Below are positions 1 through 9,432 of a stretch of 64,000 bases of DNA, one piece after another (the first letter of the stretch is position 1; every line of letters starts with the position of its first letter). Source of the stretch: an uncultured virus (IMG/VR IMGVR_UViG_3300036970_000191). Its lineage: Duplodnaviria > Heunggongvirae > Uroviricota > Caudoviricetes. The stretch lies in the IMG/VR virus record IMGVR_UViG_3300036970_000191; one strand, 5' to 3'. Made by a program: the position numbers and the translations under genes. The notes beneath the pieces are model-generated. The model was not told the DNA's origin. It made no database searches and saw only the letters and a program-made list of their open reading frames with translations.

Positions 1-1
1 C

Positions 2-517
2 AATGAAGGGACGGGGAATCAGATCATTGAGCAATCGAAAGTTCTGTCGGTGATTGTTTCTTTGTCGACGCTGATTCTGGGCAACATGACTTCGCTTCGT
101 GCCAGTCGGTTGAAAAAGGCTGACATTGATAACCTGGTTGAAGCCGGATTCATTGCAAAGCACATCGACAACCCGGATTCATTTGACATCACCCCAGCAG
201 GTGAAGTCATCTTCACCAATGTTCGTGAAGAGCTGGAAACCTTCTTTGGTACCAGTGAATCCGGTCCTGATTACGAAGAGGTGTCTTTGGATGCACCAGG
301 TCCTATCGAAGAGATCGATGAACATGGCCATGTTCATGGTACTGCTGTGACTGGCGATGTGGTTTCTCCTGTACAAGAAGAAGCCGTGCCTGTTGCTGAA
401 GTCGTCAATGAGCAAAGTCCGGAGCCTGTACGGGGACCACTGCTTGGTCGTATGCGCGATCCCTTTGGTCGAACCAAGTCAACCGTCGCCGTCATTCGAA
501 ATAACTGGTCGCGCTAA
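2..517 (+). CDS. Hypothetical protein, 5'-partial (frame open from window start)
   Basis: Frame is open from position 2 to TAA at 517; acidic low-complexity C-terminal half. Confidence 0.7.
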   Translation, partial: NEGTGNQIIEQSKVLSVIVSLSTLILGNMTSLRASRLKKADIDNLVEAGFIAKHIDNPDSFDITPAGEVIFTNVREELETFFGTSESGPDYEEVSLDAPGPIEEIDEHGHVHGTAVTGDVVSPVQEEAVPVAEVVNEQSPEPVRGPLLGRMRDPFGRTKSTVAVIRNNWSR

Positions 518-605
518 CGCGAGTGACTAATGGCTAAGTCATGTGGCTGGGGATGAATCCCCAGCCACAGAGCCGATCTTTTTCATTGCTGTTAAGGAGA
601 CGACC

Positions 606-1427
606 ATGGAACCCATTGTCATCAAGGGGTTGGAAAGTTCTTGGGGAAACCCATTTGCCAGCAGGACTTTCTTTGATTTATTTGGCATCGACTTAAAGGC
701 TCTTTTTAAAGAGTACGTCGATTTTTTCTCAAAGAGACCACAAACGAAAAATCTCCTTTCTGAAACCACGTTGTACGTCGCTGAAAATTGCGACCTGAAC
801 AACGATCAAGAGTTTGAAAAGGTTACAGATTTCTTCGTTAAAAGAAATTCGTTCTGGTTGGATGAAGGTAGTCTTTGTAACCTTTGGGCATATGAAGTTA
901 CGCTTCGGTTAATCAAAGCGGGCGATTACAAACCCATCGACGATGCTTGTGATGATTTTTTGGAATATACACACAGGCTGCGCAGCACGGCAACCGGAAA
1001 GAGCATTATTGAGAAGTTCATGCTGGCCGATGGTGGATTCGCGAAGCGTTATAAGCTTCCGGATCACGATAAAGATTTTGACATACCGGGCTTCTCTACT
1101 TTTCGTTACCCTGGTCGGTTTTACATCATCGATGAAAACTGCAATCACCATTCTTCATCGGCAGCTACTTGCGATGGTTTCTTTCTGGACCATTCAGGAG
1201 CACTGATTGAAGCGTACCCTAATCTTTATCGGTACTTGTACGTTTACACGATGCTTTCAGATTACCAGTTTAGGTATGGCTATGACTATCCGAAGTTGAT
1301 TCATGTCAAGGATATGGACGAAGAGAAATCTGTAGAAACAGATGATCCTCTAAAGCCTTATTATGACTATGGCAAAAGGCTATCGGTCACCTGCGATCTT
1401 TTCCCGAATATCGTCGCAGTTTTATGA
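606..1427 (+). CDS. Hypothetical protein
   Basis: Long ORF; ATG 606 preceded by AAGGAG; followed by a terminator. Confidence 0.75.
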   Translation: MEPIVIKGLESSWGNPFASRTFFDLFGIDLKALFKEYVDFFSKRPQTKNLLSETTLYVAENCDLNNDQEFEKVTDFFVKRNSFWLDEGSLCNLWAYEVTLRLIKAGDYKPIDDACDDFLEYTHRLRSTATGKSIIEKFMLADGGFAKRYKLPDHDKDFDIPGFSTFRYPGRFYIIDENCNHHSSSAATCDGFFLDHSGALIEAYPNLYRYLYVYTMLSDYQFRYGYDYPKLIHVKDMDEEKSVETDDPLKPYYDYGKRLSVTCDLFPNIVAVL

Positions 1428-1450
1428 CGGTAGTTGTTCGTTCAAGTAAG

Positions 1451-1484
1451 GGGTCGATTCAAATTGAATCGACTCTTTTTTTTT
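1451..1484 (+). terminator. Intrinsic terminator
   Basis: GTCGATTCAA/TTGAATCGAC stem followed by a T9 tract. Confidence 0.8.
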
Positions 1485-1491
1485 AAGGAGG

Positions 1492-1902
1492 ATGTTCGTG
1501 TTTGATTTAAGGGATACTGCTCTCTTGCCATTGATCGTATTAAACGTCATGGTGGTCAGCTTTTATGTTTTTCATTACGTGCATGAAAAGCATAAAAGAG
1601 ATGACCTGCAACTTAAGTTTTATTACCTCGCCCTTAAGGGGAATATCGACGAATTGTCCACAGCGGACATTCGTTCGTTGTCAAAGGAGATCTGGAATCT
1701 TAACCAGCGCTATGTCAGGCGAAATATTTCACACAGAAGTGATTTACTCTACGAGATCCATCCTGAAGTGGCAAATGCCATTCGCATTGAGCTGAAGCGC
1801 TACATGGCCAAAGTACCTGAACATCATCGGGTTGGCTACACACTTTATGGTTTCTTGCAAAGGAGTATTTCGTGGCCCACTTACAACGACATCCATGGCT
1901 GA
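1492..1902 (+). CDS. Hypothetical protein with N-terminal transmembrane helix
   Basis: AAGGAGG immediately upstream; hydrophobic LLPLIVLNVMVVSFYVFHY. Confidence 0.7.
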   Translation: MFVFDLRDTALLPLIVLNVMVVSFYVFHYVHEKHKRDDLQLKFYYLALKGNIDELSTADIRSLSKEIWNLNQRYVRRNISHRSDLLYEIHPEVANAIRIELKRYMAKVPEHHRVGYTLYGFLQRSISWPTYNDIHG

Positions 1903-2267
1903 GCCTCATCGCCCTTGTTCTTGAAACAACGGCAACGGGTCTTTTGTTAACCGGCATTTTGCAGCTCATCAAGGACATTCCCTATCAGCCCGGCGAAGCC
2001 TTTGTGTTGGGTGGATGTATAGGCGCACTGGACATCCTGTGGAGAATTGCCAAGAGTCGCTATGAGACTGTTCCGTTGGTTTATGGCGATCGCTTTTGGT
2101 CATTACTGCAATGGCCAGGGATAGTCATCGGTGCCTCGGTACATCTAAGGACTTATACCAACCTTGATTTACTGGCGTGTACCATTCTTTCCCTGGTGAT
2201 TGGAACCGCGATTTTAATGACGAGGCGACTGATCTTTCTTGAAACAACGTGTGGTAAAAAATACTGA
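1872..2267 (+). CDS. Membrane protein (about 4 TM segments)
   Basis: Four hydrophobic stretches; ends just before the hairpin at 2279. Confidence 0.65.
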   Translation: MAHLQRHPWLSLIALVLETTATGLLLTGILQLIKDIPYQPGEAFVLGGCIGALDILWRIAKSRYETVPLVYGDRFWSLLQWPGIVIGASVHLRTYTNLDLLACTILSLVIGTAILMTRRLIFLETTCGKKY

Positions 2268-2278
2268 TGTACCCCCAA

Positions 2279-2308
2279 CCTACTCAGTGCCCTTTGGCAC
2301 TGAGTAGG
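2279..2308. terminator. Hairpin between convergent genes
   Basis: CCTACTCAGTGCC-cttt-GGCACTGAGTAGG, a perfect 13-bp stem. Confidence 0.7.
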
Positions 2309-2329
2309 GGAGGATTTGTGCTTTGTGGA

Positions 2330-2677
2330 CTAGGGGTGTCGGTGGTAATGGCGGGTGCGACCGACGTGTTGCTTACCTTCATCGCAATTACTTTGCTCAA
2401 TGGTTTTTCTGGCACCAAAGAACCAAATGCAAATGGCGAAAAGGTAACTGCCCGTACCCACCAAAATAGAGGTACCTCTGGTCTTTAACTGAGTGGGATC
2501 GTCGAGTTTGTAGAAGTAAAACATCATACAAAGCCCAGCGAACGCGATCAGTTGCAAAGACCAGTCGGCGCTAAGCGCCGTGGTGTCTATTGATCGAGAG
2601 TAGCGGATCACCAAAGCCCAGATCACAAGCGCTGTGCTAAGGACGATTCCTGCGTATTGCAGCAACACAATGTTCAT
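2330..2677 (-). CDS. Small membrane protein (3 TM), holin-like
   Basis: Three hydrophobic segments and a charged C-tail; ATGA overlap with the upstream gene. Confidence 0.65.
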   Translation of the reverse strand: MNIVLLQYAGIVLSTALVIWALVIRYSRSIDTTALSADWSLQLIAFAGLCMMFYFYKLDDPTQLKTRGTSILVGTGSYLFAICIWFFGARKTIEQSNCDEGKQHVGRTRHYHRHP

Positions 2678-3009
2678 GGGAGGCGCTCCCCTTTGTCAAC
2701 ATACTTACCAAAATGTCGCGCTGTCCATTCAGGTGCCATTGACACCATGAGGGAAAACACGGAAGGACCAGCTCCAGACAACAAGACAGCCAATGCAGAC
2801 AACTCGATACTGGGGATGTCAAGACCCATACGCTTTGCTGCAAAAAGGCTGAAGAAGATACCGGAGATAAGGGCAGATACCCCTTTTACCCACGTAAGGC
2901 TTGGGCCGAAATGTTCGTCGATTTTGCTTGGGACCATAATGGCATATACGGTACCAAGCACAACCGCCACAACAACGAGGGCCCAAAGTGCCGAAACTTC
3001 AATTGGCAT
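2674..3009 (-). CDS. Small membrane protein (3 TM), holin-like
   Basis: ATG 3009 preceded by GAGGTG; three hydrophobic segments. Confidence 0.65.
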   Translation of the reverse strand: MPIEVSALWALVVVAVVLGTVYAIMVPSKIDEHFGPSLTWVKGVSALISGIFFSLFAAKRMGLDIPSIELSALAVLLSGAGPSVFSLMVSMAPEWTARHFGKYVDKGERLP

Positions 3010-3075
3010 AAGCACCTCTAATTTAGAGTGGTGGTGTGGGTGTGGCGTTGTGTGGTCCGATCGGACCACACAGCG

Positions 3076-4944
3076 TTATTGTTCTTCAACCCAACCCTGT
3101 GGTTCAACAGTACAATATACCTCAAGGTTTGGTACATACTCGGCACCTGCGTTGGTGGCAAAGAGGACCATCAGGTGTGCAGGGTCGACGGGCGTTGGAT
3201 GCTCTAAGCTAAAGACAGTCTGTGGCGTAAGGATCGAGAGCGTCTTGTTGTCTGGCGATACCGTAATCTGCAATTCATCTCCGATTTGTAGCAGAGGGCT
3301 GATGCCGTTGATATAGCCGCCGTCCACCGCATACAGGCCGATGCCGCCTTCTACAACAGTCATTCTCGCAGCAGGACCAGTCAACGCGCCGCCCATCGCA
3401 GCGAGTAGATCGTTACTGGTGGTCAGATAAATGTTGAGTGCGCCTTGGGTCATCGCAGGTACTTTTAGATGGAATACCTTTCCGTACGAGGCTGGGTCTA
3501 GGGTAAAGAACCCTGTTGCGTAAGCATCTGGGGCACCGTTGTTGTCAAAATCAAAGCCCGCTTGACTGTAGGTCAATAGTCCGTTGCTATAGGTCGCTTC
3601 GACAAGTTCAACGTTCTCTGGCAACCACGGTTCGTCAACGCTAGGTGCTGGCAACTGGCTGTTCTTGGAGAATTCCATGGTCACTGGTTCGAAGTCGTTG
3701 CTCGTGACCAATTGAACGATCATCAGATGCGGGTTTTGCAGTCCAAGGACTGCTGCGCTGTACGGAACCCCTTCGATGGTCGAGCCGAACGAAGTTTTAC
3801 CATAGGCCAGAGGGATCACCGTGCCATTGGGAAGCGATACGGTTACGCCTGGATAAGCGTCATCGATATACATGGTGACAGACTTATGATCTCCGGTTCC
3901 AGAGAAAACCAGACGACTTGCAGGGGGTTCATTCGGAAAATTGGGTCCTTCCACAACCGCCACATAAACAATCGTCGAAGACTGAATATCGGGTACCCGG
4001 ATGCTACCGTTGATTTCTCCAACGGTGGAAACCAGTGGCACGAACATCATGAACCCTTTATAGGCTGCACCCCAGGCACTGACGGTACCGTTTTGCGGTA
4101 CAATGGACGGGGCATCGTAAACGCAATTGAGGTATACATCGGTGACGCTGGGTTGCGGCAATTCTACAAACGCGATGTCAAGGATGGGCACCGGACGAAT
4201 CTGCGACACCATCAGTTTGGTTTCCTGAGGGTCGAAGTTCAGGTAATTTTCCGAGATGTCAAGGGTGATCGCATAGCCATTGATGACAACCACCGCTTTA
4301 AGCTCAGCGCCCACATAGGTCAAACCAAAGCTGACCGTGCTATTGGCAGATGGCTGCGGGAGTACCACGCCGATGTCTGTAGTACCAGAATAAACCCGAG
4401 CGTACCAGAGTCCATCGTGAATCCAGACACGTAGGGCAAGTTGCGATCCATTTTCATCATCGGTGACCTGAGCCGGATAAAACCCTGCCTGAATCCAGTA
4501 CATGTACTGGGGGTTTTCAGGCAAGGTAAAGGTGCAGCCGCCTTGTTGTGGGTATGCGATTCTAGCAGCCTCAACAGGTGGGTCGGTGGGAATCGTACCG
4601 CCGGTAAACACCCATTTACCCTGGTAGTAGCTGGAGTTTAGAGAGGTCCATGGGTCAGGGTCAACCAAACCCAGATGTTGCATAATCTGACGAATGCGGG
4701 CAGACAATGTGGTCAGTTGATTGGTTGCCAGACCCATGTCGTTTTCCATCTGGGTCAATTGACCCTCGACCTCTTCAACTCTTGAAACCATTTGTTGCAA
4801 GCGCTGGTTAATGGGCGAGTCGGGTAGATTCAGGGCCAGGTTGGGTACCTGAGCGGCTTGAAGCATTTGTCCTGATCCAAACAGGGTCAACATTTCAGTT
4901 CCACTTAGTGGAACGCCGCCGTTGGTTTGGGGTGTATCAGTCAT
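3076..4944 (-). CDS. Putative tail fibre / receptor-binding protein
   Basis: N-terminal coiled coil (RLQQMVSRVEEVEGQLTQMENDM) followed by beta-rich domains; adjacent to the LamG fibre gene. Confidence 0.55.
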   Translation of the reverse strand: MTDTPQTNGGVPLSGTEMLTLFGSGQMLQAAQVPNLALNLPDSPINQRLQQMVSRVEEVEGQLTQMENDMGLATNQLTTLSARIRQIMQHLGLVDPDPWTSLNSSYYQGKWVFTGGTIPTDPPVEAARIAYPQQGGCTFTLPENPQYMYWIQAGFYPAQVTDDENGSQLALRVWIHDGLWYARVYSGTTDIGVVLPQPSANSTVSFGLTYVGAELKAVVVINGYAITLDISENYLNFDPQETKLMVSQIRPVPILDIAFVELPQPSVTDVYLNCVYDAPSIVPQNGTVSAWGAAYKGFMMFVPLVSTVGEINGSIRVPDIQSSTIVYVAVVEGPNFPNEPPASRLVFSGTGDHKSVTMYIDDAYPGVTVSLPNGTVIPLAYGKTSFGSTIEGVPYSAAVLGLQNPHLMIVQLVTSNDFEPVTMEFSKNSQLPAPSVDEPWLPENVELVEATYSNGLLTYSQAGFDFDNNGAPDAYATGFFTLDPASYGKVFHLKVPAMTQGALNIYLTTSNDLLAAMGGALTGPAARMTVVEGGIGLYAVDGGYINGISPLLQIGDELQITVSPDNKTLSILTPQTVFSLEHPTPVDPAHLMVLFATNAGAEYVPNLEVYCTVEPQGWVEEQ

Positions 4945-4989
4945 ACTGAAGATTCCTTTTTGCTTGAGTGTTGCGATCCGTTGAGATCG

Positions 4990-5014
4990 GGGAGGTTAAG
5001 TGTTTTAACCTCCC
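4990..5014. terminator. Hairpin
   Basis: GGGAGGTTAA-gtgtt-TTAACCTCCC. Confidence 0.55.
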
Positions 5015-5032
5015 TTTATAAAGCCAACCGGG

Positions 5033-5134
5033 TTACAGCGTGGTCAGCCATTTTTGAATGATTGGGGCAATGATGGAAAGTGGCCCGTAGCCTTTGACAG
5101 CAGTAGCGCTGCTACCGGCTATCGGTTCAGGCAT
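5033..5134 (-). CDS. 33-aa small ORF or gene remnant (MPEPIAGSSATAVKGYGPLSIIAPIIQKWLTTL)
   Basis: GGAGGTG just upstream of the ATG; below the ORF-track length cutoff. Confidence 0.35.
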   Translation of the reverse strand: MPEPIAGSSATAVKGYGPLSIIAPIIQKWLTTL

Positions 5135-5236
5135 TCGCACCTCCATTCTCAAAAATCCCCAGAATCAGGCAGGGAACACCACCCGGCGAGGGTACTTGAG
5201 CAGGCGCTGGAGCGTGGCTTACACGATGTCCCTCAA

Positions 5237-7066
5237 TCAAAAGGAATAGGGCGCGCTGGGGGGCACAAAATTGCTGTCGTATCGGCAGATATCCTTGTCG
5301 ATCCTCATTTCAGCAATACAGCCGTCCAGGAAGCCATTGGGACCGTCCCAGCCGTTTGAGCCAATCCAAGTCCCGCCTGCGGAAAACCAAATTTCCTGCG
5401 AACTGGATGTAGACGCATCAAGCACGCCGTTGATAAACATGCGAATGGTGGTATTCGATCGCGTGATGGCGACATGACGCCATTCATTAAGCGGCAGAAC
5501 ACTGGCCGACCGCAGTAGAGGTGTGCCAAGGCTGTTCCCACCGAGATCAATCCTTCGTTCTGCGCCGGGGATTTGCTCTCCCACCACCATCAGAAAGTTA
5601 GAACCAGTAGTGAAGTTTGACAAGCCGCTACCCAAGATAGTACCGAAATTCCTCGTTGCCGATGCCAGCTTTATCCAAAACTCCAGGGTAAAGTCATAAG
5701 TCCCAAAATTGAAAACTGACGAAGGGCCACAGTAAATGCCACGCTGGTTTGAGTTTTTGGTAAGAGACAATCCAAAAGGCCCAGGCCCAAAGTTGCATCC
5801 ATCCGGGTTTTCCCACCTGGTGCGTTCACCCAAATCGGAAGTGTCCCCGTCGAGATGCATCAGCAATGCCACAGAACGCGGAATTGCGGTGCCTGCGGTG
5901 CCACTCCCAACCGACGGCTCAGTCCATTCTACATCAAAGTCCGTCGCGCCTTTCTTCGCCAAAACCTGGCCTGCCGATCCACCGACAGGCAACAGACGAC
6001 CATTTACCTGCTGCTGAAGGGCTTCATCGGCCGCAACACGGGCTGCCGTTTCATCCGGCAAGAATCCCGTCGCTTCAGTGAACAGTGGCTCAACAATCAC
6101 GTCGATCACTGTCAAAAATTTTGTCTGCGGGTTTTCAATCGGATAATCAATGTTTTGGCTCTGATACGTCAGTCCAGCGTGCTCGATTCGCACGTTTGTG
6201 TCGGTGAAGAAAATATCTACAGGAAGGCTGGCATTATGCGGAAACACAGTTGACATGCTCATGCCGCCGCCTGAACGACGCATCATCGATACACTTGTAC
6301 CATTAGCGGACACACGCAAAAAATCTCCAGTGCCCCACGGTCCGCTGGTGTAGCTCCCGCTGCTGTCCATCCAGACATCAAAATCTGCACCCGTGACTCG
6401 CAGACTTGCTGCGTAGTCGAACATTAGCCCTGCACAATTCAAACCATAAAAACTGTTCAGCGTGCCACCCGTATAATGCAGTAAGCTGTTTTCATACGTA
6501 CCATTGCTGACAACCGGCGGATTTTTACCGGGTGTGTAAATCTCATCAACGCGCTCAAGCGAGGCATCATAAAGGTTCTGGTAACTAGCGACTGCAAGAT
6601 CAATGGCTTCTACCGTAGAACTCGGTCTGTTTTCAATATTGCTCCAGTTCAAGGAGATGTTCTGGCTTTCAAAATCGCTGATGAAGAAGACTTCAGCATC
6701 GTGTCCAGTAAAGGCTGGGCGATAGCCATAAAAAGCACTGTTGCTGGTGACATCGGGATCATCTGAAGCATCGATCACCAAGAACAACTGGGCATAGTCT
6801 GGATTGGACTGAATGTACTGATCGCGCTGGGCAATGTCATCAAAGATCTTAAAGATTCTTTTGTCGTGAAAGAATGTCGCGATCAGTTCCTGGGTCAGGT
6901 CGGCATTGCCAACTCGCAGGGGGTTACCCGCCATGTCCGTGATGTAGAGGTCTGCAATCGGGTCAGTGGACGAATAATTCTTGATAAAATAAATGGAGTC
7001 GGGGATCCATTGTGTCGGGACAGCGTTTAGGCGAATGAAGTTCACCTTGGAAATTTGAGCTACCAT
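5237..7066 (-). CDS. Tail fibre protein with C-terminal LamG/ConA-like domain
   Basis: Fibre linker LPVGGSAGQVLAKKGATDFDVEW; LamG motifs LLMHLDG, DFTLEFWI, WRHVAITR, MFING and G.I.EMRI.K..CRY..NFVPP. Confidence 0.8.
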   Translation of the reverse strand: MVAQISKVNFIRLNAVPTQWIPDSIYFIKNYSSTDPIADLYITDMAGNPLRVGNADLTQELIATFFHDKRIFKIFDDIAQRDQYIQSNPDYAQLFLVIDASDDPDVTSNSAFYGYRPAFTGHDAEVFFISDFESQNISLNWSNIENRPSSTVEAIDLAVASYQNLYDASLERVDEIYTPGKNPPVVSNGTYENSLLHYTGGTLNSFYGLNCAGLMFDYAASLRVTGADFDVWMDSSGSYTSGPWGTGDFLRVSANGTSVSMMRRSGGGMSMSTVFPHNASLPVDIFFTDTNVRIEHAGLTYQSQNIDYPIENPQTKFLTVIDVIVEPLFTEATGFLPDETAARVAADEALQQQVNGRLLPVGGSAGQVLAKKGATDFDVEWTEPSVGSGTAGTAIPRSVALLMHLDGDTSDLGERTRWENPDGCNFGPGPFGLSLTKNSNQRGIYCGPSSVFNFGTYDFTLEFWIKLASATRNFGTILGSGLSNFTTGSNFLMVVGEQIPGAERRIDLGGNSLGTPLLRSASVLPLNEWRHVAITRSNTTIRMFINGVLDASTSSSQEIWFSAGGTWIGSNGWDGPNGFLDGCIAEMRIDKDICRYDSNFVPPSAPYSF

Positions 7067-7281
7067 ACCTCACCTCCCCAGGAGTTTCCAACCAAGGCAT
7101 CGCGGTTTTCATCGATGTATTCCTGGATTGCTTCCTGGATTTTTGCCCGATTTTGGATTGCCACATACGTGGCCAGAGCTTCTAGACTGACTGTTCGGGA
7201 AGTCATTGATAACGTCAGTCTTTCATCGCCTGTTAACGGGGTTCCGCCGGTGTCGGCGGCTTCGATGGTTTCGTCTGTCAT
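7060..7281 (-). CDS. Small protein co-transcribed with the tail fibre gene
   Basis: Overlaps the fibre start; its 3' end supplies the GGAGGTGAGG RBS. Confidence 0.65.
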   Translation of the reverse strand: MTDETIEAADTGGTPLTGDERLTLSMTSRTVSLEALATYVAIQNRAKIQEAIQEYIDENRDALVGNSWGGEVW

Positions 7282-7424
7282 GACGATGTGCCCTTTGGGT
7301 TGATGTTAAAAAACGCTCGACATATGATGAACGGGCTATTGATTGCTGTGTAAAAATATACAGGGTTGAGTGTTAACTTAGCCCTATGTTTTAAGACCTA
7401 AGGGGTCGTTATCAAAGGGGTCTT

Positions 7425-7727
7425 TTGGAGGACCTGATCGTGAAAGAATTGGTGGTTTCGCCAGAGCACATGTGTGGCGTCAAGATTGGTTGCCATTCGA
7501 TGTTTGAGTTGGTTGCCCTGGCACTTGAGTACAATCGGTCGCATGACACGGACGTGAAGGTGATTGCCCATACAGAGCACCTGAGTATTGGAGACATTAT
7601 GCTCTTTAAGGAAATGTTCTATACGGACATTTGGAATGAACTGGCGAATGAACAACGTCTGGGTCGTGGGCTTAACCCTGAAAAGAAATGTTGTATCTGG
7701 GTTATTGAGCAAATGTTCTCGTTATAA
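7425..7727 (+). CDS. Hypothetical protein
   Basis: ORF at the head of a + strand cluster; start uncertain (TTG 7425 or GTG 7440). Confidence 0.5.
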   Translation: MEDLIVKELVVSPEHMCGVKIGCHSMFELVALALEYNRSHDTDVKVIAHTEHLSIGDIMLFKEMFYTDIWNELANEQRLGRGLNPEKKCCIWVIEQMFSL

Positions 7728-7774
7728 AAAACGCTAGGGTGGTATCATGTGTCATCAACCAGGGAGTCATTGAC

Positions 7775-7957
7775 ATGAACGCTAAACAAGTGAAAAAGAT
7801 TCGCCGTGTAGCCAAGGCAGCTTGCGTGAAGTACGGGATTGCAGTCGGTACCACGTATAAACTTGGTAACGACAAAGGGCAGATCGTGCTTGGGGACTGC
7901 ATGCGTAAAAACATCAAGGTGCTGAAGAAACACGGGTTTAAACTTGATGCAGTCTGA
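7775..7957 (+). CDS. Small basic protein
   Basis: AGGGAG RBS; MNAKQVKKIRRVAKA. Confidence 0.6.
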   Translation: MNAKQVKKIRRVAKAACVKYGIAVGTTYKLGNDKGQIVLGDCMRKNIKVLKKHGFKLDAV

Positions 7958-8016
7958 GACTGTGTCTGAAAATGGTTATGCTTATACACCATTGATGTGA
8001 TCTCACCATTAAAACA

Positions 8017-8065
8017 CCTCCTCATCCCAGTCGCGATGACTGGGATGAGGAGGGTATGTTTTTTC
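8017..8065 (+). terminator. Intrinsic terminator
   Basis: CCTCCTCATCCCAGTC/GACTGGGATGAGGAGG 16-bp stem followed by a T tract. Confidence 0.75.
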
Positions 8066-8089
8066 ATAGTATTATCGGAGGATTGCTAG

Positions 8090-8527
8090 TTGACCAACAG
8101 CGAAGTCATCTGTCGAAAAAGACCTGACCTTAAAATGATCGCTATCGTTAAAAGCCTGATGCGTTTCTATGGCTTTAATACCAGGGATGTGTCTTGGCCA
8201 TTGCTGGTCTATCAAGGCGATGATGATCTGGCCAGTTATCACGAGGGTTACATTGACCTTGGTTATCTTTCAACAGAAGAAGACCTGGTTCACGAACTGG
8301 TTCATCATTATCAGGCAGATCAGTCAAAACCTTCGTATCTCTTGTTGACTGGTCATCAAAGGCTCATTGCCTGGTCAAAAGATCCTCGTGAATACGAGGC
8401 GCGGTTCATTGCGCTTGTTTACACCAGACCCGACCTGACCGTTGAGGAAATTCGTTTGCTCATCGATCAAGAAAATAAGGCCATCTGCAATGGTGACCTT
8501 AGTGTTGTAAAAACCGACCATCAATAG
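8090..8527 (+). CDS. Zincin-like (HEXXH) metallopeptidase domain protein
   Basis: LVHELVHHYQ ... DPREYEAR; GGAGG RBS before the TTG. Confidence 0.7.
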   Translation: MTNSEVICRKRPDLKMIAIVKSLMRFYGFNTRDVSWPLLVYQGDDDLASYHEGYIDLGYLSTEEDLVHELVHHYQADQSKPSYLLLTGHQRLIAWSKDPREYEARFIALVYTRPDLTVEEIRLLIDQENKAICNGDLSVVKTDHQ

Positions 8528-8575
8528 TGGTGGTCTGTTTTCCCATTAATATCCATCCTTGACAAGGAGTTTTTT

Positions 8576-9070
8576 ATGTCAAATGCTGTCATTGCCAACG
8601 TCCTGCTTGACGTACTGGCCAACAATCGCCGTATCGACTTCATGGACATGCTCATGCACCATGTTCGTCCATACGTGTTTAAACCGTTTCTTCTGGGCGA
8701 TGAACCGATCCATGGACTCAAGCCATATCTGGTCGGCTCAATGGCCCGTAAGGGCGCTCGTGCACGCTCGATTTATCGACTGCCCTCCATTGTACTGCCC
8801 ACCTTTGATTACGACGTGGTCAATCAAAGGGATTCTGCATACACCAGACAAGTGGTCTCGATGTGCTGGAAAGTTATCACGTATTTGAAGTCGCAGGGTT
8901 TTGGTGATCAATACGAGACTGTAATTATTGATTACCGAAAGAATCGTTATGTACTGATCTCGATCGAACCTGAGTTTGCCAGCGAGATCATCAAGGCCAT
9001 CGGTGGATCACCCTCAACAAATGTGGTGAGTCACCGTATCTTTAACCACACATCCAAAAAGGAGGAATGA
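8576..9070 (+). CDS. Hypothetical protein
   Basis: AAGGAG RBS; stop overlaps the next start. Confidence 0.7.
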   Translation: MSNAVIANVLLDVLANNRRIDFMDMLMHHVRPYVFKPFLLGDEPIHGLKPYLVGSMARKGARARSIYRLPSIVLPTFDYDVVNQRDSAYTRQVVSMCWKVITYLKSQGFGDQYETVIIDYRKNRYVLISIEPEFASEIIKAIGGSPSTNVVSHRIFNHTSKKEE

Positions 9071-9432
9071 TGAAATCGCCGATCTTTCCTGTGCCTGGGT
9101 GCCAGAATCGTCGGTCATTGGTGATTAAGCCTGACGGTACACCAAGACAGATTCAACTGGCACACGACCCTATCACTGGAGAAGATGTACATTATCAGAG
9201 CATGGAGCCTGGAGACACGTTTGTCGAAAGGCTTGTCTTTGACGATTACCCTTTTCCTGTTCTTAGGGCAAGACGTTTTACGGGTCATCCAAAGGAGCGC
9301 CCGTTTGAAATCCCTCAGCTTTATGCCGAGGACATGACGAGTTTCCTTAACGACTGCGCCAGCGCAGTCACTGCTTTCATCTACGCGCGTTCAAACGCGA
9401 TTTTGTCATTGGGAGAGAAACATGTGGCCTGA
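9067..9432 (+). CDS. Hypothetical protein
   Basis: AAGGAGG RBS; operon context. Confidence 0.7.
   Translation: MMKSPIFPVPGCQNRRSLVIKPDGTPRQIQLAHDPITGEDVHYQSMEPGDTFVERLVFDDYPFPVLRARRFTGHPKERPFEIPQLYAEDMTSFLNDCASAVTAFIYARSNAILSLGEKHVA

Noticed and set aside
2657..5359. + strand ORFs 2657-3316, 3712-4434 and 5054-5359
   Set aside because: Antisense shadows of the minus-strand fibre and membrane genes.
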